A DNA stretch of 57,021 nucleotides, the filler included, from Sphacelaria rigidula (taxonomy: Eukaryota), in the NCBI GenBank assembly GCA_964200075.2. It is 5 parts of 5 records of this genome, joined end to end, with 100 filler letters (N's around TTAATTAATTAA, not from the genome) between each part and the next. Parts side by side here need not be neighbours in the genome. Positions count along the whole stretch, not along the records: positions 34,274 to 45,597 come from CAXNAA020005063.1; positions 45,698 to 57,021 come from CAXNAA020005064.1; 3 more parts are not named here. The stretch is one strand, 5' to 3'. How positions within the stretch are numbered: the stretch's first letter is position 1; each line of letters begins with the position of its first letter. The notes beneath the pieces were generated by a model. That model was not told where the DNA came from and ran no database searches. It worked only from the letters and a program-made list of their open reading frames with translations. This document shows positions 39,421-48,948 of this stretch, in pieces. Made by a program: the position numbers and the translations under genes.

Positions 39421-39719
39421 GTCCAAGACGGGAGTCCCGTCCTTGAAATAAAGCGAGTTGCGTTTTGTCCATCAAGATTGCCTTCGCCTGCTCGAGAACG
39501 GTTCTAGGGTTACCTGTACCTGATATCAGCTCCTCAGCTGAAGCCTCCCCCCTACCATAGTCTTGGTCCGACTTATGTTCTGCCGCGGGAACCGACGAGC
39601 GAGTTACTGCGGCTCCCCAAGTTTCTGGCGACCCATCCTCATGGGGCCACATCGCTGCGAGCGCACTTAGGCCTACGTCCTCGCTTCGAATCTGAGTCAA
39701 ACTCAACAACCCTTCCGCT

Positions 39720-40860
39720 TCCAAGCTCGATAAAACCGCCCCCATCATCCACGGATGAGCGAAATCAGCTACAATATCTGACATCGCATCGGGGCTTACC
39801 GTGGGTGGGGTCTCGTAATAGTCGAGCGTGGTCGCGACTTTCACAAAAGCGACTCTTTCCAACTCTACCGCTTCCTTCCATACCCCTGCATCCGCCTTGT
39901 GGGGTGTGAATTCCTCGCGCCGCGGTTTCCCTCTCGTCAATCGAGGACGAGTTAACCTAGGCAACGGATCCTCGAAACGGTGAGTACCCTGCCTTGCCCT
40001 GTCGGCTCCAAGAAATAGGTGCCAGTCCGTCCCAATAGCTGACCCAGTGGGGGGCACATAACAGCGTACGCTTCCACCCGCTGCTTCCACGCGTGCAGTG
40101 GTTTTTCTCCTTGCTGATCCGCCTTCAGAGCGACCACATAGGTTCGTTTCTTCCGATACGGAGCGCCCACTTGCACGACGGAGACAGACGCCTGCTCGAC
40201 GCAGCAGCCGGCTCCGCTCAGTAGCGGAGTTACGCTCTTCTTCCAGCCTGGAGAATACACCTTTACACCTGTATTCTCCAAGATCAGCGTTGTCGCTGAC
40301 TCTGAGGAGAGGAAAGACTCGACCAATTGTCGGGCACCTTCTACGGATTCCGACTCCCCCGCACCTTTATCAACGGGGGTAACCCTACCCGTATCTCCTA
40401 CCAACACTTCTGGTTGTACTTTCGACACTTTCTACGATAGCCCCCTCAAAAAAACGGCTAAAAGTGTCACGAAAAAATGACCATAAAGCGTCTGATGTTC
40501 GGGTTCAGGCTGCATGAAGCGCCTCATATTGGTGACATTGGCTACAACGAACACAAGCGTGGGAATTCCCGGCTTTTCGTTGTGCTCGGCTTTTCCCATT
40601 CCGATTTACGTGAACATTTTGCCTCCCAAAACCTTGCACTTTTGGAGGGGAGGCTATCGTAGAAAGTGTCCTTCTCCATCAAGTTGTGGAAAGAAGGGCG
40701 CCCCGGAGTCGTACGTACCAACCTGACTCCCTTTCCAATCTGGTTCACCCTAACGCAATCCAACGCTTTCCAATCTGCATCGGTGGCTGTCACTACCTCC
40801 AAGAACTTCTCCGCGGCCAGGATGTTGCCCCCGCCTCCACAATGGACAATCAACGCGGGA
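39720..40860 (-). pseudogene. C5 cytosine DNA-methyltransferase-like domain inside Pol, interrupted by a MITE; catalytic PC absent
   Basis: Ordered motif equivalents: I ALIVHCGGGG, II VVTATDAD, IV PEVLVGD (no PC), VI LILENT, VIII VGAPYRKKRTYVVA, TRD-like FEDPLPRLT, X-like DIVADFAHPWMMGAVL. Confidence 0.7.
40424..40670. mobile_element. 247-bp MITE inserted in the DNMT-like domain
   Basis: Perfect 19-bp TIR GACACTTTCTACGATAGCC; flanks TTTC/CTTC (4-bp TSD, 1 mismatch); removing the element and one TSD restores the frame ...FHNLMEK-VQPEVLVGD.... Confidence 0.85.
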
Positions 40861-40899
40861 GGTCGTTGCTTAACCGGTCCGGTCATATGGTCTTCGGAG

Positions 40900-42480
40900 T
40901 CAATGATAACTCCTTCCCCCGTTTCCGGTGGGCTCCAACGTCAATGCCATCAGGTCTGCGGATTCTTTCGGGTACTCAGCCTCCAGTTCCTTCAGCAACA
41001 TCCCATCTAGTTTGGGTCCTTGTGGTCCATCGCCTCCGCCTGGTTCCGCTTCGCTATCATCGTCAGGGAATGACACATCAATGTCACTTTCCTTGGGCTG
41101 GCTCCCTTGCAGCCTAGACAGGGCGTCTGGCAACTGGTGTTCGCGTCCAGCTCGCCACTTGAGGACCATATCATACTCCATCAATCTCAGTGCCCACCGG
41201 TGGAACTTAGGCGACAAGTTTTGGCTACGGAACAACCATGTCAACGCACTGCAATCCGTGACTAGCGTAAACTCTCGCCCCCATAGATATGATCTGGATC
41301 GCTCTACGGACCACAAAACAGCGACTACTTCCCTCTCTGATGCTGATCTTTCTTCATCCGCTCGAGACCATCTATGGCTGGCGTATTCAATGATCCATTC
41401 CCTTTCATCCGCCTCTTGGGCCAGGGCGGCCCCTGCTGCGAACTCTTAAGCGTCTAAGTGTACCACGGATTGTTCATTCCAATCCGGATACGCTAAGATC
41501 GGATACGACATCAGAGCGCTCTTCAAGTCGAGGTATGCCTATTGCTGTTGGTCCCCCCACGGGATCTCCATCCTCCGGGCTTGCTTGGAGGCGAATCGTG
41601 GGTCCCTCAGCAAGTCTGTGAGTGGTGCCGCCATATTGCTGTACCCTTTCATGTACCTTTGCAGATATCCGGTCATACCTAAGAACGACCTTAGCTCTTC
41701 TACCCTCTGCGGCTCCCTCAACTGGGCGATCGCCTCGATCTTAGACTGAGAAGGTCGTATTCCCGACGCGTCGATCGTCATCCCCACGAAGTCCTGTTGC
41801 TGAGTGCACCACTGTGGTTTCTGGAAATTCACATTGAGGCCTGCCTTCAGCAGGCAATAGAGCACAACCCTCAACTACGTCATGTGGCCGGCGAAAGTCG
41901 CGCTAGGCCACAAAATATCATCCAACCAATTCTTGACACCCCCCGCTGGCAACAACGCTTCAGATACTGTTCGGTGAAATGTCGCGGGTAATACCTTGAG
42001 TCCGAATCCACAACGCTGATATGGCCATAAGTGCCCCCGCGCGTCGCGAAAGGCGGTGGGGTGTCGGTCCTCCTTCGCCACGTCCAACTGGAAAAATCCG
42101 CTTGCTAAGACCACACTCGTAAAGTGCTTGGATCCCGCCAGGCTACTATACATGGCCTGCATATCCCCCGAACCACCGCTATACGACTCGAGGAGTTCGT
42201 TTAGTCCACGAAAATCCTGACACAACCGTGAACTACCGTCCTTCTTCCGCACCGTGACGCAAGCGGCTACCCATGCGGACGTCGACGGCTCAATGAGCCC
42301 CCGCTCCGCGAATTTCTGAACTTCGTCTTGTATAGCTGTTGCTTGTTCTGGTGAGTACCGCCTGGTACCGGCAGCGAATGGCTTGCACCGGGGATCTTTC
42401 AGTCGTAGACGTAACCGTTCCCCACGCGCCGCTTTCACCTTCTTGGGGTCCACCGCAAAACGTCCTGTTTCGTTGAAGTC
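40900..42480 (-). pseudogene. Gypsy reverse transcriptase and RNase H with in-frame stops
   Basis: ORFs 41875-42453, 41539-41874, 40900-41316: IEPSTSAW, LASGFFQL, TAF, GFGL, WLDD, LRSFLGMTGY, EYASH, EREVVAVLWSVE, TDCSAL. Confidence 0.92.
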
Positions 42481-42482
42481 TC

Positions 42483-43523
42483 CTAAGATGGATAACAGCT
42501 GTATCTTCTGCGTCGGACCAACTGACCCAGGTTCGCTTCCATGAAATCTACTCCTATGGCTTCAGTTGTGTCCTTTTCCTCCCCTTCCTGCGGTTCCGGC
42601 GGCGGATGGGGAGGGGCGGGCGCAGTCCCTCGATCCTTCAGCTTCCACTTGAGCGTGGTGCCCGAGTCGGACACGTACAGATTCTGCAGCCGCTCGCGAT
42701 CTCGGACATTCACGGCCATAACTTTCGCCACTATAATACCCTTCTTCACTAGGCGAGCATTCTTGGCCGTGTTGACCACCTTACATACCAACAGTAGCTG
42801 TGGATCCCACCACTGCACTCCCCTAGCTACCCCCATCTCAGCTTCCTCATCTAAATCGAACAACTTTCGAGGTTCGATCAACACGAGTTGGCGTTCCTGC
42901 GGTTGAGGACCTCGCACGTAGCCTGGGATTAGCTCGCTAACGAAGCCTTCCAATCGCGCGTCCTTCGTCAGGCTTAGAGGCCACTGAAGTGTAGCGTCGT
43001 CCTCCCACGCCGCTCCAAGGCTCTTTCATACCTCATCACATGCTGCCAGATCGCTCTCTCCCGACAACAACCCTGTCGGGTCGTCGCTGAGCGCTCTCGG
43101 CTTGACAGCACAGAAGAGACCCCACCCTGCCGAGTCTCCCTGTCCAGTGAGGTGATCGGCGTTAACGGCTCCGAGTTTTGGTGAGCCATTAGACACGAAT
43201 CGCACCCACGGGGCCTCCGGTGATGGTCGGAACCCCGACTGACCCTCAAAAGACAGTGTGCTCTTGCTCCTTCTAAAGAATCTTGCCCCCAATATGAACC
43301 CGTACGGCAATCCATCGACCACCGTAACCCATACCTTCCTTATTCTATCCTTTGGATGGAACCGAATCGGAATTACCGCTGACCCCAAAATCTTCATCGG
43401 CGGCGTCCTGCTGTCACTAGGATCCGCTGCCCTCAGGAATCCTGCTCCTTGCCGCTGTAGTTTGCCCGATATGTTCCCCCAAATCACCGAAGACTTCCAC
43501 CACTGCTTTGATGTATAGTTCAT
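42483..43523 (-). pseudogene. Retropepsin protease C-terminal half plus degenerate dUTPase-like spacer; gag and protease active site missing
   Basis: VTVVDGLPYGFILGARFF (ILG motif); GVARGVQW..CKVVNTAKNARLVKKGIIVAKV resembles the beta-rich PR-RT spacer of some Gypsy Pols. Confidence 0.7.
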
Positions 43524-43890
43524 TTAACCGGTGCGGCGTTCACGTACAACAATACAATTTTTGCTAACGGGTGTAGCCAGCGCCACGTTGTTCCTGCCAG
43601 CTGTATCACGCATCGAAAATCGTGCGCGCGGCTGTGTTGCATTTAAGGGAGACAACGGGCGGTACCAATAATCTCTGGCAACATTTATTTGATGTAACAC
43701 CGACCCAATGTGCCAGTGTCGCGCATTAGCGGACGGTAATTCTGTGGGGCATAGTGCATTTAACCGGGGCGGCTTCACGTGTAACAATACACTGTGCAAC
43801 ATAATGGGTGCATACAGCGCTACATTGCTCCTGCCAGCTGTATCGCGCGTCAAAAATCGTGCGTGCAGCTGTTGCATTTAACGGATACAA
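43521..43890. repeat. Two diverged ~130-bp direct repeats at the point where the Gypsy element is truncated
   Basis: CATTTAACCGG..TTCACGT..AACAATAC..TCCTGCCAGCTGTATC..AAAATCGTGCG..GTTGCATTTAA at 43521-43650 and 43757-43885. Confidence 0.8.
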
Positions 43891-45171
43891 CGTGTAGAGA
43901 CTCATGCCTTTCGACATCAACTCCGCGCTTCCTGCTCAATCAAGAATAGCTGAAGATTCTGACTCTGAACTGTAAGAGCATCGAATCGAACTGCGTGGGC
44001 GGCACGCCGTTTTACTTTTCCTAAATGCATCGCGCACAAGACTCGCTCATAGCCACCTACGCGCAGGTTGTGCAGTAAGCCTGGAGCGGGTGCGGCGCTG
44101 ATATCAACTCTTCTTGACAAAATATCATTTTTGTGCCGTCTTCCTTGCTACCGTATCGCTGATTTGGGCGCGCGTCCGTTTCATCTGCCTCAAGATACGT
44201 GCGTAAAGCATGGCGGTAATAACTGCCCCTCCACCTCACCAGTCACGCTGTGAGCGATATCGCTACGCTAACGTTGTGGACACGCATCTTCAAGCGGCGC
44301 AAGCACACCCGAATGGGCCTTAGTCTTGAGGTTCATCTCGTGGCCTCAGCTCATGTATCACTTCATGTTTTCTTTCTTCGGTTGAGTCTCAGCAGACATA
44401 CAATATTCCGACATCATACTCTTATTTATGTGGGTATGTGCCCACTGACTCGCGTCATAGGCGGCGCATTTACAAGCTCCACTTATTACAACAATACGCA
44501 CGACAAACGTGAATTTCCGCCTGCAGCTGCTTCATCTTGAAGCATCTTTCTCGCAAGTGCAAATCTTTGTGGCTTCCGGTTCAGGCTATCATTCCTCTTG
44601 CTCTATTGTGCGTTGTTCGGTCTATGATCCTGGGATGATAATCTCGTTAATTGATGTTATGGCATGTGGAGTTCTGCACGCGTTTCATGATAGAAGCATA
44701 GCTCTTGCCCGCTGTTGCTAGAGGCAACGAATCACACTTCATTCATTCTGTACGTACGCGGCAGAATTGACATCTTCGCCTGAGCAGCATTGTATCTCGC
44801 AGTTATTTTTGCGGGGTACCTGTCATGGTCAAGAGTACATTGATTATTTTTAATTCGACAGATTACGTTTCTTCACTTTAACCCAAGCGCGGTGGGAACC
44901 ACTATAGCGGTCTCCGTCGCTTGATTACCTTTGTGCCGTCGTAAGCGTGGGGACGAGCGCGTCGCTCCCAGCGCGCATCTCCCAGCGCGCATTATGATGG
45001 CTGATTATTTGCTTTGTCACGTGATGCCCTTGCTAACATATGACGGGGTGTTGAAAACGCACATGTTTTGCTCTCTCTATTAATAAGAAAATTGAGTATC
45101 TCAGTGAACATCTTCCTGAACATTTTACCTCTCCTGGCTTGAGCTGCACCGCATATGATATGATCGAATAC

Positions 45172-45422
45172 AATCGTCCCGGTGAGAAGCGCCATGATAC
45201 AAGTAAACGGCAGTCTCCAATTGTTGTCAGCATTCGCTTAACTCTACAGTGCAGTTGATCACTGAACTAGGCAAACAACAAAACTTCGGTCAACGGTTAC
45301 GAAATTTCACTATTTCGTGTGGGACTTGTTATTCTACTTATTATTTGACTACCATTCATTTGTGCACGAGTTCGTTAATATTCATTTACTACAGGTCGAT
45401 CCCCTTCACATCAGTTCATAAA
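45172..45422 (+). repeat. ~250-bp diverged direct repeat, copy 2
   Basis: Aligns colinearly with 36721-36970. Confidence 0.9.
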
Positions 45423-45597
45423 ACAGCAAATTGTGCGAATTGAGGTTTAACTCTGAATTGAGGCTCAAGTAGGCAACCCGACTTGCGAACTGTTTGTAGC
45501 AGCAGTACCGAGGACAAGCTCTTATTCGGAAACAGTAACCTGTGGAGGTGAACCCGTAACGCTTCATGTTAAGTATGTCGAAGTATCGAGAGAAGTT

Positions 45598-45697
45598 NNN
45601 NNNNNNNNNNNNNNNNNNNNNNNNNNNNNNNNNNNNNNNNNTTAATTAATTAANNNNNNNNNNNNNNNNNNNNNNNNNNNNNNNNNNNNNNNNNNNN
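45598..45697. other. Artificial contig spacer
   Basis: N44-TTAATTAATTAA-N44. Confidence 0.97.
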
Positions 45698-45949
45698 GGA
45701 GAGGATGGAAGCTACTAACTGTTGACTCCGATACACCCCTCCCTCCGAGGCGGTGGGCGGTGTCATGTGGCGTCCTTTCTGGTTTACCTAGTTTATGCAT
45801 ACGCATAGCTGTCCTCTCAGAGGTCCAAGGATAGGTTTCTTATTTCTTCTTTTATTTTCACCTTTTTTGTTTTCTTTTATCGCGTCTGTGTGAATTTTTC
45901 GTGGGTCCGATTTTATTTCCTGATTTTCCTCTTACCCTAACATGCGGTG

Positions 45950-46050
45950 GTAGCCTGTAACCACGGAAGACGTCCGAGTCAGACGCCCAGTACAGCCCTG
46001 CGCAGATACCGGAACGACTTTTTAATGTGAAGACAACAACAACAATCATA
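45950..46050 (+). mobile_element. Retroposon family B 3' end with (ACA)n tail
   Basis: TAGCCTGTAACCACGGAAGACGTCCG...GCGCAGATACCGGAACG..TTTTTAATGTGAAGACAACAACAACAA. Confidence 0.75.
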
Positions 46051-47801
46051 ACAAATGGTGAATCGACAAGCTCAGTGGAGCACGTCTTCGCTTTCAGTAT
46101 GATGAGGCGGGTTCACGCCAGTTTGGCACTACAGACAACGGGTACGAGACACGTACTACTTTGTTTTCATCTAACCACAACACTAACCCCAATCACATGC
46201 AGACTGAGAACCCTCGCGCAAGGCAGTGTGTACTTTGTTGCGACTATAATTTCTGCGCACGCTACGCCCACGTCGGGCGAGCGCTTGCCGCTGTGGCCGC
46301 ATGAAGGTCAGGATATGATGGTTAACTCAAAAAGACATATATTCAACGCCGAACTGGGATCAACACTACGGATTGTGATGACGCTGTGAAACAGTTATTC
46401 TCCACAACAAATCTCGACGAGAGAGACATATAGCACATCTTGTCACCAATTGCGGCTAATAGCAACAGTCAGACGTCAACCGGCCTTCAATCCTCTGCCA
46501 AGAGCATAAAATAGCAACCACCTCTATTTAAGCTCACAGAAGCAACAGCTAGTTTACCCGCACGCTCTCCAGCTCCAGTGAAGGACTGAAAACATTACCC
46601 TATCCACTCTGTTTTCACTCAATATTCAAGACAAATATACGCCAACTAAGGGACGCGACACAAGCATCGTCAACTGCCGGATATGCCGAACTGAATTAAA
46701 ATCGTGGTCGATCGTTATCATCGATCATGGCATCCTTATTTGCAGTGTATCCCTTGCTTCGTTCCCAATAAAAAGGCAACCGCTGTCGCCAGTACTGTAA
46801 TCCAACTCAATGAGGGCTTGCATACAGCACAACCGTTTGTTTTTGAGTACAAGTTGACTAAAAGAGCGTCTGCTTTTTCCACGTGTTCCTTAATATATGT
46901 GTGCAGGAGACTGTTGTGCTTTTGTACAGTGCAGTGTTTTGCACCCCAAACGCAACCATGCCTGACACGAAACGCCACCATCTATACGCGCCTGTACAAC
47001 ATACAAAACTTGAACAACACAAAACCGGAGCAGCATCAAGTCGGTTAAGCGTGCGACCCGGTCTACAGTAGCTGCTCAATCGTGCGCTCTCTATTTCACA
47101 CCAGAAAATGCGGCCCAGAGTCACTACTTCATGTGCCACAGGACAGTACTTGTACACTACGGCAAACGCTTAACTGAGAACTAACTGTACATGGAATTCT
47201 ACTATTTTCAACGGCGGACAAAATATTTTGAATACCAGAAAACGGGAGGGAAAAACGCTGCACCGTGTCCAACAAAATAGGAAAGTTTTTGTTTTTTTTG
47301 GCGGGGGGACTCACGATTTTACATGCCGTAGTCATAATACCATTGTCCTCACATTCCTACAAAGCGGAGATGGAGCAAAACGGGTATTGGCCGGACCAGG
47401 GTCGCAATGAATCACCAAGCGCCAAGCGCCGTGATGAGTTCGGCGAGTGGCATGAGGGGTGAACTGCATTCTACAAAGATTGTTCGGCCCGAGGCGTATT
47501 GATTACCTTGCATATGGCGATGAAGGGGGAGCTTTAAACGCACTGCTTTCAACCAAGTGGTACTGCACTTTTGCACCAAGTCAAGACCTCATGTGAGAGC
47601 CCCACCGAAAACTGTACCACAAGATTGCACTTACTCTTTTTACCTACACTTTCCCCTCCTCACCGAAATAATTGTACCATCCATACTCTTCAACAATGCG
47701 AGGGGAGCATTAAAGGTGAAAAAGAAGGCGCCACAGTCTTCAACTACCTGAGGCACCAGCACTATTGGATGATGCTGTGTCATGACGACATCTCCCCTTC
47801 C

Positions 47802-48911
47802 CTATCCCACTTTCTGCTCATTGGCGGCCTCCGCTTCAACCTCGGAAAATAGCTCGGCTACAATAGCTTCATCGAGCGCAGCATCACCCCTCTCCTCTCC
47901 CCCGCCTCCAATACGCATAGCGTGGGCACACAGCTCCAAGGCTCGCTTTCGGTCCTCCCTGACGCCCATACCCTGTGTGGTTTTTATCGCAGGAAAAGAA
48001 AGAACACGTGCGACGGAAACAAGGAGGATGATTGTGCGGCTGTTGGGTCCCCTGGTGATTTGCAGGGTGTTGTAGAAATAGGGTCTCTTCCTCTGTACAG
48101 GCTTGAGTGCCAGCTGTCTCTCCCCACCGACTGGTTGTTGTTGTTGTTGTTGTTGTTGTCGTCGTCCCATCTCTTCTGGGCGCCGGTCTACACCTTTCGG
48201 TATATGTGGGCGCACCAGCCGGGGTCACACAGGAGGAAGGCCAACGCAGTTTTTTTTTGTTTTAGTTCCCCACCTTCCTTCTGCGGTGTGCTTGCCTTTA
48301 TTTTTCATCGCGAGAGGAGTTCAGCAGTTCCTTTCCCTCGTCGACAATTGAGTCGAATGTCGTGTACCCACGACATAGTCGCTCTTCACTGCTGGACATT
48401 GAGTGAGAAAAATCCCAGATCGCTCCGAGATTTGAACCCACGACCCAACCGTCAGGAGGTTTCGAGGTTACCAACTAGGCCACCGGGGCGACCGACTGGT
48501 AGTAGTGGTAATAGTCGTAGTAGAGAAACACAGCTCAACATGGTGAAACAATTACTTGAAGAGTACCGCACGCAAACTTTACCACTGCTACCTAAAATCA
48601 GTACCGGCTACCTTGGCAGTCATTTTGGCCAGGTTGAGCATAGCTTCCATCATGCCACTGTCGGCGGCTTTTTCGAACCACCTTGCCGCCTCGGGCAAGT
48701 CCTGACGAAAAAAACAAGCAAAAAGAGCACAACGCGCCGTGGGAAATATGCGTTAGCTCGACGAGAATAGCTTCGTCAATCACAGCACCATCCACCCTCC
48801 GCGCGGGCGCCTCCGATACGCATAGCATTTGCACACAGCTATGGTGCATCGTCATGGTATGCGTCTTGGATGATAGCCAGCTGGCTACTGATCAAGTGCA
48901 CAACAACCTTC

Positions 48912-48948
<37 letters not shown>

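Larger units (their letters stand above)
37125..43523 (-). mobile_element. Decayed, 5'-truncated Ty3/Gypsy LTR retrotransposon: protease, dUTPase-like spacer, RT, RNase H, DNMT-like, integrase, chromo/Tudor-like, PPT, 3' LTR
   Basis: Gypsy order PR-RT-RH-IN on minus, broken by stops and frameshifts: FILGARFF, RKKDGSSRLCQDFRGLN, NWLDDIL, FTLVTDCSAL..DALSR, HGHAG..CGC, EMDI/RSDAG/AVER. PPT GAGGGAGGG directly before TGTTAC. Confidence 0.93.

Noticed and set aside
40542-40670. C-terminal part of ORF 40542-40886 as real protein
   Set aside because: Read-through into the inserted MITE after ...NLMEK.
39720-40860. Standalone active bacterial-type methyltransferase or contamination
   Set aside because: It sits in the same strand between RNase H and integrase of a decayed pol, and lacks the catalytic PC.
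36721-45422. 250-bp direct repeats as LTRs of the Gypsy element
   Set aside because: The PPT is followed by a different TG-start sequence at 37390; the repeats lack TG..CA ends and a PBS, and no gag lies between 43523 and 45172.
47922-48770. 282-aa plus-strand ORF (and ORFs at 18310-18913)
   Set aside because: Chance ORFs running through SINE sequence and antisense exons.
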